A stretch of DNA of 24,245 nt from a virus (taxonomy: Duplodnaviria; Caudoviricetes), in the IMG/VR virus record IMGVR_UViG_3300017909_004100, positions 1 through 24,245 of that record; one strand, written 5' to 3'. Shown here piece after piece: positions 4,350-18,400 of the stretch (position 1 is the stretch's first letter; every line of letters starts with the position of its first letter). The translations under genes were made by a program, and so were the position numbers. The notes beneath the pieces were generated by a model. It ran no database searches. It was not told the DNA's origin and worked only from the letters and a program-made list of their open reading frames with translations.

Positions 4350-6404
4350 ATGCCTTTAGTAAATTTCAGCAATGTCGATTTTGATGAGATTAAACAATCC
4401 ATCAAAGATTACCTCAGATCTAATTCTAATTTCACAGATTATGACTTTGAGGGATCAAACTTATCGACTATCATAGACACGTTAGCATACAACACATACA
4501 TCTCTTCATACAATGCCAACATGGTGTCAAATGAAGTGTTTCTTGATAGTGCGACACTGAGAGAGAATGTTGTATCAATTGCGAGAAATATTGGATATCT
4601 TCCTAGGTCAAGGAAATCAAGTAGAGCTAATATTAGTTTTTCAGTTGATGCATCATCTTCCAATGCTTCAATAATGACACTCAAAGCTGGTCCTGTTGCA
4701 TTGAGTGCTTCAAACTTCAATAAACAATCGTTTACTTACTGTATCATGGAGGACATTACTGTCCCCGTAGATTCAACTGGTACAGCTACATTTGAAAATA
4801 TTGATGTATATGAAGGTTCATATCTAAATTCAGTATTTGTTGTAAATTCAAGTCTTCCAAATCAAAAATATATTTTACCAAATACTGGTATTGATACTGA
4901 CAATATTAGAGTAATTGTAAGAAATTCTTCTACATCTAGTGTTACAAGAAAATATACACGATATGACAATTTAATTGGTGTTAACGAAAATACACCTCTT
5001 TATTTTTTGAGAGAATCAGAAGGAGAGACATATGAAATATTGTTCGGTGATGATGTCTTTGGTAAAGGAATAGAGGAACCAAATCAAATTGAAGTTACTT
5101 ATTTGTCTTGTAGTGGATCAGTAGCAAATGGTCTTTCCAATTTTACATATATTGGATCACTTCAAGATCAGAATAGTGTCTCTGTTACTTCTGGAATCTC
5201 TGGTGTAACAGTCAATCAAACTTCAAGTGGTGGAAGGGAAATTGAAACTGTTGAATCAATTAAGAAATATGCACCCAACATCTATGCATCTCAAAATAGA
5301 GCTGTGACATCGACTGACTTTGAATCACTCATTCCAAGAATTTATCCAGAAGCCGAATCTGTATCAGCATATGGTGGAGAAGAATCCGACCCACCACAAT
5401 ATGGAAAGGTCTTTATCAGCATCAAACCTTATAACGGAGTATTCGTATCTGAAGAAGTAAAGAGAAACATTCAACTTGAGCTTAGAAAATATTCTGTAGC
5501 TGGTATTGTATCAGAAATCATTGATCTGAAGTATCTGTATATTGAAGTTGACACTAATGTCTATTACAATTCTAATTTAACACCAGGGTCATCACAAGTA
5601 ACAACTTCGGTGACTAATAATATCATAAACTACGCTAATTCTACTCAGTTAAATAAGTTTGGGGCTAGATTTAAGTATAGTAAATTCATTAAAGTGATTG
5701 ATGATAGTGATGAATTCATTACTTCAAATATTACTATAATTCATATGAGAAGAGATTTATCACCTCTTCAAAATCAGTTTGTAGAATATAATATTGGATT
5801 TGGAAACGAAATTCATATTAAGAATCAAATTGGTTTTAATATTAAAACTTCTGGTTTTACTGTAAGTGGCATCAGTGGAACTGTTTACATGGGTGATTCA
5901 CCGAATACAGATTTGAGAACAGGAACAATTTTCTTGTTTAGATTATCTTCACCAACTGAACCAGTTATTGTGAAGAGAAATATTGGAACTATTGATTATA
6001 AGAAAGGACTTATTAGTTTGAATCCAATTAACGTGTTGTCAACAGAAGTTGTTCGTGGTACTCCTCTCATTGAAATTTCAGCTTGTCCTCATTCAAACGA
6101 TGTAATCGGTCTTCAAGACCTCTACTTACAACTGGACACCTCCAAAGTAAATGTAACTCCCATTCCTGATTCGATATCTTCAGGAAGTGACACATCAGGT
6201 GGAACTTATACTGTATCTTCAAGTTTTTCAAATGGAAGCTTGGTTCGTGGTAAAGGTGGTCATGGGGGGTACTCATCAACAGGAACAACTACAACCAATC
6301 AAACTGTTTCTAGATTGACTACATCCAGTGTTTCTACAACTACATCTACAACTACAACTACATCTACGACTACAAGTTCTGGTTCATCAGGTTCATCCTA
6401 CTAA
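4350..6404 (+). CDS. gp6: Baseplate wedge subunit gp6
   Basis: DFDEIKQSIKDYL, FTDYDFEGS, FLDSATLRENVVSIARNIGY, QNRAVT..DF, AYGGE..PPQYGKVFI match T4 gp6/baseplate J-like motifs; extra Ser/Thr tail. Confidence 0.93.
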   Translation: MPLVNFSNVDFDEIKQSIKDYLRSNSNFTDYDFEGSNLSTIIDTLAYNTYISSYNANMVSNEVFLDSATLRENVVSIARNIGYLPRSRKSSRANISFSVDASSSNASIMTLKAGPVALSASNFNKQSFTYCIMEDITVPVDSTGTATFENIDVYEGSYLNSVFVVNSSLPNQKYILPNTGIDTDNIRVIVRNSSTSSVTRKYTRYDNLIGVNENTPLYFLRESEGETYEILFGDDVFGKGIEEPNQIEVTYLSCSGSVANGLSNFTYIGSLQDQNSVSVTSGISGVTVNQTSSGGREIETVESIKKYAPNIYASQNRAVTSTDFESLIPRIYPEAESVSAYGGEESDPPQYGKVFISIKPYNGVFVSEEVKRNIQLELRKYSVAGIVSEIIDLKYLYIEVDTNVYYNSNLTPGSSQVTTSVTNNIINYANSTQLNKFGARFKYSKFIKVIDDSDEFITSNITIIHMRRDLSPLQNQFVEYNIGFGNEIHIKNQIGFNIKTSGFTVSGISGTVYMGDSPNTDLRTGTIFLFRLSSPTEPVIVKRNIGTIDYKKGLISLNPINVLSTEVVRGTPLIEISACPHSNDVIGLQDLYLQLDTSKVNVTPIPDSISSGSDTSGGTYTVSSSFSNGSLVRGKGGHGGYSSTGTTTTNQTVSRLTTSSVSTTTSTTTTTSTTTSSGSSGSSY
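6333..6374 (+). repeat. Seven tandem copies of the hexamer (T/A)CTAC(A/G) encoding a poly-Thr/Ser run
   Basis: tctaca actaca tctaca actaca actaca tctacg actaca. Confidence 0.85.
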
Positions 6405-6416
6405 GATTGTAAAATA

Positions 6417-9400
6417 ATGACAATAGATAGAGTCAAATTTCAAGATACAGTTGCGAGTCAACTTCCATCTTTTATAAGAGAAGACTTTCCTCTTCTTTCA
6501 GACTTCCTGGAACAGTACTATGTTTCTCAAGAAACTCAAGGTGCCACGTTTGATCTGTTGCAGAATATTGACAAGTATGTAAATGTAGATAATCTTACTA
6601 ACTTAGTATCTAATGCAGAACTTAGAGATGATATTGATTCTGTAGATACAGATATCGTTGTAGAAGGTAATACTAATGGTTTTGTAGATAAAAATGGTCT
6701 CATCAAAATTGGTGATGAGATTATAATGTATGAGACAAAAACTAATACCACATTCCAAAATTGTCATAGAGGATTTAGTGGAATTAGTGCATATACATCT
6801 AATGTTCCAGATAGATTAAAATTTGAAAAATCTACTATACCTGAAGAACACTCTGATGGTGATGTAATTGAAAATTTAAATGTTCTGTTCCTACAAGAGT
6901 TTTTTAAAAAATTAAAGTCTCAAATTAGTCCAGGATTCGATAATAGAAATTTAAAGACAAATCAAAAAAACTTTATCATCAATAGTGATAGTTTTTACAA
7001 GACAAAAGGAACTGACTTATCATATAAGATACTTTTTAAAGCTTTATTTGGTGAAACTGTTGACATTATTCGTCCAAGTCAGTTTTTATTCAGACCTTCT
7101 GATGCAACATATAGTGTAACTCAGGACATCGTTGTAAAGAAAGATATTGGTGATCCATTAGATCTTCAAAGTCTTACACTTTTCCAAGATTCCTCTGGTG
7201 CTCGTGGAACAGTAACTCGTGCTGCTCAAGTTCAATATGGTGGTGGAGACTATTACCAACTTAGTATTGATCTTGGATATGATAAAGATATTAACACTGA
7301 TGGTTCATTGTATGGTAAGTTTATACCAAATCCCAAAACAAAGATTTTAACACAGGTTGCTGCTGGTGCAACAATCATCGATGTTGATTCAACATTGAGT
7401 TTTCCTGAAACTGGAAAACTTGAAATTCTTGATGTTGACAATAATGTATTATCGATTGCATATACTGGGAAGAGTGTAAATCAATTTTTAAATGTTGATC
7501 CTGTTGCAAATACACTGAGTAAAACGACGGATGTAAGACTCAATGAATATGCTCATGCATATGTTGGAATTGGTACTGATGAAGAAATAAGGGTAAAAAT
7601 TACTTCAACCCTGAAAGAATTAAAACCAGAAAATAATAATTTCAATTATGAAAAAAATGACACTGTTAACATTCAATCTTTTGGTATTGAAGATACATCA
7701 GTTAATTCGTCAGAGTGGTTAAACAATACTAAATCTCGTTATGATGTTTTATCAGTTGCAGTAACTGATGAACTTGAGAATAAGTATTCAATTAATACAT
7801 ATGATAATCATCATTTAAGTCCTGGATATAAAGTTATTTTATCTGATAATTTTGGTAATAATATCGATAGTGAAGTTACAAGAATTACTTCTAAAAATAG
7901 TTTTGTTGTTAAAGCTGATGATGAACTAAACGTTGATAATATCTGGAAAGTTGAGAATCAAATCCTCAAAACAACATCTGCAGAGTATAATTTTCTTGAG
8001 AAATACATTGCAAATGTACAAGACACATACTCTAACTTTGGTGGAGAAGTTGTCGTTGCATCAAATTCACTTCCAGTTTATAAAAATACATCACTTGAAC
8101 CATATGGTAAAAAAATAAAATTTTCTGGTTCAGCTTCTTCTGAAGGTACAGATATCATTGATTTTGAAACTGATCACGGTTTCTATACTGGTGATACTGT
8201 TTACTATTCTCATGGGAGAGTTGTAAATACTGTAACTGACCCAGATGGATCTACTGGCACGACTGTTACAATAAATCAATTTGAAGGTTTGGATGAAACT
8301 GTTTACTATGTGAGAAAACATAGTGATACTGCAATAAAATTATCAAGAAGTAGATCTAATTTATTCCAGGACAAATATGTAACTTTCTCTGGAACTGTAA
8401 CTGATAATGAATTTTGCTACTTTGATTTCTTCCAAAAACCCCTTGAACCACAGGGTATTTTTAGAAAGTTTACAAAGATAGTTGATGAAGGAACTGGGGA
8501 GTTTACAACTCTTCCTGGTTTTAATGGAATGTTCATCAATGGTGTTGAACTTCTTAACTATAAATCAAACGATTCTATTTTCTTTGGACCAATTAAAGGA
8601 TTAACTGTAACTGGTGGTGGTTTTGGATATGATGTAGTTAATCCTCCAAGGTTTGTTATTCGTGATACTGTTGGTACAGGTGCAACTGGTGTAGTTGCAG
8701 TCGAAGGAAATCTTGATAGAATAGATCTTATTGATAGTGGTTTTGATTTCCAAAATACACCAATTGTCAACATAAGTGGTGGCAATCCTGATAGGGATGC
8801 TCAAGCTGTAGTTAATCTCACCAATATTATCTACGAAGTTGAGATCAATACAGAAGTTAATGGTAATATCAATCTTTCAACTAATCAAATTGGATTTACT
8901 TCATTCCACAGGTTTAAGCAAGACGAGAGAGTAATTTATAATTCAAATGGATTAAGAGGAATCAGTGGATTATCCACAAACTCTTCTTATTTTGTAAATG
9001 TTGTTGATAACTTTAATATCACACTTCACAACAATACGACTGATTCTAGATCTGGTATTAATACTGTGGACCTTACTGAGTATGGACTTGGTGTACAAAG
9101 TATCAAGACTGCTGAGAAGAAGAGTGTTGTAAGTAGTATTGTTATCACTGACCATGGTTCTGGTTACAAGAACAAAGAAAGAAAAATTGTATCAACTGGT
9201 ATTTCGACTGCTACAAATAGTTTTGAAATCAAAAAACATGGTTATAAAACTGGAGAAATCATTAGATATACAGCTGGATCAAGTGCAGTATCTGGTATTG
9301 TAGATTCAAAGGATTATTATGTAAGAAAAAATAGTGATGACAAGTTCTCACTAAGTGAGGTTGGTGTTGGTAATACTGATCCAAAATATTTCTTCAACAG

Positions 9401-12400
9401 AGATATCGTTGTTGATATTAAGAGTGTTGGTGAGGGAACTTTCAACTACAAACCCATTACAGTTACTGTTGATGGTGTTACTGGTATTGACAGTCGCTCT
9501 GGTCAGAGTTTCCAGTGTCAAGTTCAACCAGTATTCAGAGGAAGTATTGACTCTATTGATTTGACAAATGAAGGTATTGGATATGGATCATCTGAGATTC
9601 TCAACTTTAACAGACAACCTGATTTTCTTTTTGAAGGTGGCAATTCAGCCCAAGTTGAACCTGTTATTAACAACGGTAAGATAGTTGACATAATCATCAA
9701 TAAACCCGGTAACGATTATATTTCTCCACCAAATTTAGTTATTACTGGTCCTGGTAGATTTGCCAAATTAACTCCATCTATAAATGATGGGAAATTAACA
9801 GAGGTCAAAATACTTAACTCTGGTATAGAATATGTTACAGGTCAAACTCAAATTACCGTTGAAAATCCTGGCAGTAATGCTACAGTAGAATTTGACATCA
9901 ATGAGTGGAATGTAAACCTGTTCAGTAGGAACTTTGACAAGATCAGTAATGATGATGGATTTATAGAAGAAAATATTAGTGGAGATAGCCTCCAGTATAG
10001 TCATCTTTATACTCCTAGAAATCTGAGAGAAAACACTTATGTTCTTCTTAGTGGTGGTGAAAAATTCTATGGAATACCAGATTTAGAAAGAATTAATGGA
10101 TTAGAAAGTGACAACACATCACACTCTCCAATTCTTGGATGGGCTTATGATGGCTCTCCAATATATGGTCCATATGGTTATACAAATCCAGATGGTGGAA
10201 CCATCAAACAGTTGAAGTCTGGATATGAATTATCTGTGGATAGTACAAATAGACCACCGATTTCATCGTTCCCTGAGGGTTTCTTTGTTCAGGATTATAG
10301 TTTCACCAATGTTGGTGATTTGGATATTCATAATGGAAGGTTCTGTGTAACCCCAGATTACCCTAATGGTGTATATGCTTATTTTACTACTGTAAACACC
10401 ATTACAGACGGTTCTGGACCCTTTAAAAGCTACAAGAGACCACAGTTCCCGTATGTCATTGGAAACTCCTTTTACGCGAGAAGAAATGAATTTAATTATA
10501 AGAAGACATCTAATCAAGTAGATTATGATATTCAGTCTGATGGATGGTTTAGAAATACATCAACTTATAACACCAATGATAAATTCAGTGGATATGACTA
10601 CATCTTTGATTCAAATAAAATCAAGGAACAGACGATTAATATCACAGGAGCTTCTCTTGGTTCTCTAAGTGAGGTTGGAATATTTACTGGTGGTCGCGAT
10701 TATCAAGTTAATGATACTTTAGTATTTGAACGTGAACAAGATGGAATAGAAAATAGTGCTCAAGCTAAAGTTTCTCATCTTGAAGGTAAAAAAATTGATA
10801 CGATAACTGTCTCTTCAACTGAGATTACAAATATTGAATTTGCTAAGTCAACAATCAATAATCAATTCATTGGATTTGCCACTCAACCTCACGGTCTTAA
10901 AGATAGAGATATTGTTAATATCAATAATCTTTCTTCATACTATAAGAATTTTGATGGTAATTATCAAGTTGGTATTAGAAGTGATACTTTTGTAGTAACT
11001 TTAGGCATTGGTACAACTGGAAGTACTGGTATTACAACTTACTTCTATGTCTCTGGTGCTCTTGAATATCCATTCATAAGACCAAATGACATTCTTGGAA
11101 TTGGAACTGAAAAAGTAAAAGTTCTGAATGTTGATAGTGAAACAGAGAGAATTCGTGTTCTCAGAGCAATAGATGGTACGGTTGGAACGGCTCATTCAAA
11201 TAGAACTCTTCTTCGTGAAGATTCTAGAAAATTCACAATTAATGTAGGATCAATTACCACTGAGAAATATTTCAACATTAATGAAGAGTTTTACTTTGAT
11301 CCTTCAGAATCTGTTGGTGTTGGTACAACATCAGGTAATGGTGTTGGAACTGTAGTAACATTTAGAAATCCAGGTGTTGGTGCATCTTCGGTCTTTATTC
11401 CAACACAGGCAATTTACTACAGAAATCATGGACTGAAATCTAATGAAAGAGTTGACTACTTCACCAATAGTGGAACGTCTCTTCAAGTTTGGAACGGTTT
11501 TACAAGGGATGCTTATGCAGATCTGACTGATTATGACACTTTATATGCGACTCCAATCAGTAAAGATCTAATTGGTATTTCATCTCATAAAGTCGGTCTT
11601 TCAACTCTTACAAGTGAATATGTTGGGATTGCAACCACTAGTGGTTTGTTTTATTTCAATAGTGTAGGAAGTGGTGACTATCATAGCTTTAAAACATCCA
11701 GAAGTAATGTTCTTAGGGGAAGTGCTAACACCAGTGTCGTAACTGTATCTACGGCTTCAACACATGGTCTTTTGGTTGATAACAATGTCAGAATGACAGT
11801 CAAACCAAATACTGAACAGGTCGTTGATGTAAGATATAATGATTATAATAGAAGAATTGTATTCGACCCAGTAGGATTTACTTCTGACAACGTTAACACC
11901 ACATCAAATTCAATTACAGTATCAAATCACGACTTTACTCTTGGTGATAAGATTATTCATACTTCTGATGATTCAACTGGTGGTCTGGTTGATAACAAGA
12001 TGTATTATATTGTTCCATTTGATAAAAACACTATTAAGTTAGTTGCTGAAAAATTTGAAGTTACTAGAGAAGAACCAAGTTTTGTCAATCTCACTTCTGG
12101 AGGAGACGGTGGTACATTTTCAAAGATTAATCCTCTCGTAACATCTAGAAAGAATAACAGACTCAAATTTGATTTAAGTGATTCATCACTCTCTTTCCTT
12201 TCTAATGGTGTAAGTTATCCAGCATTCAAGATGAGAATTTATCTTGATCAAAAATTCAATAAAGAATTTGTAACTACTGGAAAGAAAGAAGATAATTCTT
12301 TCGAGGTTACAACTTCTGGGACAGTCGGCATAACTTCAACTGCAAACCTTACGATTGAATTGAGTGATTATGTTTCTTCTAAACTTTATTATAAGTTCGA

Positions 12401-15400
12401 TCCAATCAATAAAGATTTTAACTTTGTATCAAAGACTGGTATAGTTATTGATGAAGACTCTTCATCACCATTTAATCAAATTAATGTTGAATTGAGTAAA
12501 TTTGATGGAGAACATAGAGTTAGTGGAGTCGGTTCTACTACATTCTCTTATCAATTGTTGAAGGATCCAGAGACGACACTTTATACAAAATCTAATTCTG
12601 CTTCTTCTTATATTACCGATTCAACTGTGGCATACGGTGGAATTGGTAAAATTAATTTAATCTATCCTGGTGTCAATTATTCTAGAATACCAAAAATCAC
12701 TAATGTTATTAGTGGTATTGGCACTAATGCAATTCTCGATTCAAAGAGTACTAATATTGGTAATATTGTTGGACATAAGTTTAATTCTGAGAATATTGGA
12801 TTTGATTATCCAACTGATGAAACTTTAAGACCTGTAGCTAATCTTCCAGAAATTCTGGAGGTAAAATCACTCAATTCTTTTGAGTCAATTGGAATTAGTT
12901 CTTTTGGAAGAAATTATCTAACATCGCCAAAACTTGTCGTTATTGATGGATATACAAATAAAGTTCTTCCTGAAGTTGATCTTCATTATGATCTTGGTGA
13001 TACTGAAGTAACAATCTTGAATAATACTACTGGAATGTATGAGATCAAACCCACAATCATTCCAACTCAAAACACCAATGGTGTTGGTATTTCTACAATC
13101 TCATTTGATAATTCTACTAAAATTGTAAGACTTTATTTGGATCAATCTTTTAGTACAGCTAGAGAGTTTCCATTTGTTGTTGGTGAAAAAATCTTAGTTG
13201 AAAATGTCAACATTGGAACTGGTTCTTCTGGAGTTGGTTATAATTCTGTAGATCACGATTATACTCTTTTCCCTGTAACTACAGTCTTCCCACAACTTGG
13301 TGGTAGTGGAGCATATATTGAGTATAGTTTGTTTAATGTACTTGAGAGTGGTGAAGTTCCAGGAACAGTTCAAGCAGGAACTGCAGGTAGGGCTATTCCT
13401 GAAATTCATTTCCCAATCTTTGACATCTCCTTAAAAACCAATGACTTTTTTGTTGGAGAAACAGTTACTAGTGGTGAATTCAATGAATTGACTGGTGTTG
13501 TTGAAGATTGGAGAAGTGAATTTGAGCAACTTAGAGTCAAATCACCTAAGGAGTTCTCGGTAGGATCAGTTATCAAAGGTGAAAGTTCCAACACTCAAGC
13601 GATAGTCGTTACTAAGTTTGATTTTAACGCTGAAATTACAACTGGTGTTGGTGCTACTGTTATTCGTGGTTGGCAGAATGATATAGGATTCTTGAATAAT
13701 AACCTTCAAGTAATTCCTAATAACGAATATTATCAAAAGTTTTCATATTCACTCTCTAGTAAAATTCCATATCAAGATTGGAATGGTCCAGTAAGTGATC
13801 TTAACCATACCTCTGGTTTTGCTAAGTTTGCCGATTATCAATTAGAAAGCAAAGAGACAGGTGGGGGTGACGCCATTGTCAGACCAGTTGACTCTAATGT
13901 TGAAATTATTGTCGATATTATTGGAGAGGGTGATTTAAATTGTGTATATGATTTTGACTTTGTTTCTGAAGGAACTCAGTTTGTCAATGGTGAACTAGTC
14001 TCTGATGAGATTTTCTTTGAGAATCAACTTCTTACTGATTATTTCCAATCAATTGGTAATAGAGTTATTTCAATTGATGACATTAGTGGATACTTCAATA
14101 GTAATGAAAGAGCTGAACGTTTTACAACTATATCTTCTTATGAGACAAACTTTACTTTTAATAAGGTACTTACTTTCACAAGAGATAACGTTTATACTGA
14201 TGAAAGACAATTCAGTATTGTAAATGTTCTTCAAGATGGTATATCTGGATATGTAAATGAATATGCTACTTTACATACATATCCATCACTTGGATTCTAT
14301 GACTTTTTGATTGGTGGTGATGGATGGAATTTAACATTTAATCCAGTTAAGTTTGAATTCAACTCATATGATGTATCAAGTGTGGCTATCAGTCTTCTTG
14401 ATGGTGTGTCTGGTATTGGATCCACAACTATTGGAGATATTGTTGATATCACTAGTAGTCAAACAACAATTGCTGGAGCTGAGACAACAATTGCTTCTTT
14501 CCCAACATCAAACAGAGCAGCCAAGATCTTAACCATGGTTAAGTCTGTTTCTGGTATCACTTCTGGTGAATATCATGCTGTTGAAATGAATGTCATTCAT
14601 GATGGTACAGATGTATATAATGTAGAATATGGTGATGTCCATAGTAGCCCAACATCATATTCTAGTGGTTCTCTTGGAACTTATCGTTCCTTCATTGATA
14701 GTGGTCTTGTAAAGATCAACTTTATTCCAGATAGTCCCACTACACATGAAGCTCAAACTTCATTGTCTGTATTCTCTGGTATTGGATCAACTGCTGGAAA
14801 CACTAGTATGAGTGTTTCTCAATTGAAATCAACTTATACTGAAATTGCATCATCTGGTTCACCAAGTGCTGTTGCTATTTCAACATATGTTGATCCATTC
14901 AGTGCATCATATAACGTAGTTGTTGTCACTGACACAACAAATAATAATTATGAGATTTTTGAATGTGTTATTTGTAATTCATCAACAAATGAAACCATTA
15001 CTGACTATGCAAATGTTATAACTGGTCCTACTACTCTTGGTTCAGTTGGAGTTGATACCAGTTCAAATGTTACATTAACTTACACTCCAATTGCAAGTGC
15101 TGACATAGAAGTTAGAACTTTTGGTATTGATTTGAAGATCTTCGATAGCAATACGGATACTGCTGAAATTGACCATAACAATGTTGTTATTTCGTCCAAG
15201 AGTGGTGGTTATACTGGAACAAAACAATCTCTCCTTACACAATTTGGTCTTAAGCATGATGGAATCAATATTTTCCAGAGAGATTTTGATGGAAGTGATT
15301 CTGATATAGTCAATACCACTAATGGAACTATTTCAATTCCAAATCATTTCTTTGTAACTGGTGAAAAAGTTCTCTACACACATGCGGGAACTGGAACAAC

Positions 15401-18400
15401 AATGGCTGTTGGTATTGAAACAACAACAATTTCTGGTATTGGAACCACAGATAAACTTCCCAATGAACTTTTTGTTATTAAGATTGATGATGCCAGATTG
15501 AAGTTTGCTGATACGGCAGAAAAGGCTAATAAATTAATCGCAGAACCACTTTTAATTAATTCAGTTGGTATTGGTAATTCTCATGTAATTACCGCCACTA
15601 ATCAAAACGCGAAAACACTGGTGGCTGTTGATAACAGGATTCAAGCTCCTGTTACCGGAACTGCAGTTACAACAAACTTAGATCAAGACATAGTTTTTGA
15701 GACGGTCTTTGATGTTACTGGTATAACATCATTTGCATCTCAAGATATCATTAAAATTGGTGATGAATATATTATTCTCACCGATGTTGGTATTGCTGGT
15801 TCAACAAGATTTGGTTGTAGAAGAGCTCAACTTGGTTCAACTCGTGAAGATCATTCTAGTGGTTCTCTGATTACTAAAATTTCTGGTAATTACAATATTG
15901 TTGGTAATGACATTAACTTTGCCTCTGCACCATATGGTAACACACCACTAAGCACGACAGCAACTTCAGATCCCGATTCTAGAGATTGGACTGGTATTGC
16001 CACCAGTTCTAGTTTCCAGGGTAGAACCTTCATGAGAAGATCTCCTGTAAATTCTCCAAATGAAACATATTCAAACAATATTGTTTTTGATTATGTATCA
16101 CATGAATTTAATGGAATCAATACTACTTTCACTCTAAAATATGAAGGTAGTGATACTGTTGGTTATTCAACAGACAATGGTATTATTCTTATCAATAATG
16201 TTTTCCAAGGTCCTCAAGGAGCTGTGGCTGGAGATGGAACTTACAACATTCAAGAATTTGCTGGTGTATCAACGGTAAGATTTACTGGTGTTGGAGTCAG
16301 TAATGGACATGATCCAAACGATAGCGATATTCCACTTGGTGGTTTAATTGTTTCAGCTGGATCAGTTAGTGGATTTGGATATCAACCACTGGTATCCGCT
16401 GGAGGAACAGTTACAGTTTCTGCGGCTGGTACAATCACTGCTGTGAGTATCGCTAACAGCGGTTCTGGATATAGAGCTGGTATTCAAACAGTTGTGAATG
16501 TTGGTGTTCAGACTGATGGGGAACCAAGTCTCCACTTCATTGGAACCGCAGCAATCAGTGGTGGTAACATAGTTAGTGTTGCTATTACTAATCCAGGAAC
16601 TGGTTACACTGGAACTAATCTACCAGAAGTGGTGTTTGATGATCCACTTCCATACTTTAATATTCCTGTTCAATATAGTTCTTCTAGTGTTATTGGAGCT
16701 GGAAAGAGCGCAACAGTTAATATCGTTGTTGGTCAAGGATCTAGTGTTATTGACTTTGAATTTAGATATAGTGGATATGCTTATGGTGAAGGTGAGATAT
16801 TAACTGTTCCCATTGGGGGAACGACTGGAATACCAACTGATACTTCAGTAACCTTTGAAGAATTCCAAATCACTGTTGATAAAATCTTTACTGATGATTT
16901 CAATGGTTGGTCTGTCGGTCAATTGCAAGTTCTTGATAAGTTTGATGATTTATTTGATGGATCTACAAAGGACTTTAGACTGAATTTGAACAGTGAAGCT
17001 ATTTCTATTCAAGCAGCTGTTGGCTCAAAAGTTGAAGTTGATCAAACACTTCTCATTTTCATTAATGATGTCCTCCAAGAACCTGGTAAAGGTTATGTAT
17101 TCACTGGTGGTAGTACCGTTGAATTCTCCGAACCCCCAAAGATCGGTGATACTTCTAAAGTTATTTTCTATAAGGGTAGTGGAGATGTTGATGTCGTCTT
17201 TACCAATGTTATTGAGACAGTAAAGGTTGGTGACACTCTTGACATTGATAACCTTCCCCCCGGCCAAGGTACAATCTTCAATCAAGATGTTAGAACTGTA
17301 ACTGGAATCAATACTCTTGATTCTGTTAAAACTAATGTTTATCCTGGACCTGGAGTCACAAGTGATAGAAGTGTCTTAAGACCAGTAACTTGGTGTAAAC
17401 AAAAAGTTGACAAAATTATTAATGGAAAGGTTGTTGGTAAGGATAGAATTAGCTATGAACCTCAAATCTATCCAACTTCTTATTTGATTCAACCTGTTGG
17501 TCTTGGTTCCACAGAAGTTTATGTTGATAGTCTAAGACCTCTCTTTGATTCAAATAATGAATCTCAAGTTAGAGACTTCCAAGATTCTATCACAATTACA
17601 TCACAAGATAACATTGTTGGAGCTTCTGGCACAGCTATTGTATCGATCGCTGGAACTATCTCCAGTATTTCAATTACTAACGCTGGTCTTGGATATACTA
17701 TAGCACCTTCTGTCACGATTGGTTCCACACTTGGAGTTACGACTATCGCAACAGCTACAGCTTCAATTACATCTGGTGTAGTAACTTCTGTTACCATCAC
17801 TAATGGTGGTGGTTACTATGATCAACCACCAGTTGTTATCTTTGAAGAACCAAAAGTCAGTAAGGAGACGATTAATGTTTCTTCTTATAGTGGTGATTAT
17901 GGAACCATTATTGGATTTACGACATCTAAGTCTGGTTCACAAAATAAGATGATATTTGATTTATTGATTCCTGAGGGTTCATTCTTGAGAGAAGCAGGTT
18001 ATGTTGGTTCTGCAGTCACAATCAGTAGTCTTGATGCTGGAGACTTCTTAACCATCTACAACACTAATATTGATGTTGGAGTCGCACTGACAACTCAAGA
18101 CAGCTCTGGTAACACACTATCAGTCGCATCAACTTTCTCAGATGCGGTATATCAAGTAGTAAGTGCATCAACCGTAAGTTTCGGTTCAACATATGTGAGA
18201 AGAATTGAAACCAATGTAAGTGATCTCGGGACCGTAAGTTTCGGTTCGACAACAACTGGTAATTTTAGTTGGGGTAAGATTATGTTTGAAACTAGAACTG
18301 ATGCTAGAGAGTTCCAATCATATCTTGGTATGGGATATACTGGAATCTCAACCTCTGGTATTGTTCAGAGAACCAATCCTCTGAAGTTTGTTAATTACAT

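Noticed and set aside
8965-8978. Palindrome GTGGAT-T-ATCCAC containing a perfect DnaA box TTATCCACA (8970-8978)
   Set aside because: Isolated, within gp7 coding sequence (SGLST), with no AT-rich block or neighbouring boxes; compatible with chance.
18171-18251. CRISPR mini-array interpretation of the repeat-spacer-repeat
   Set aside because: Only two short copies, in frame within an essential CDS, with no leader or cas genes.
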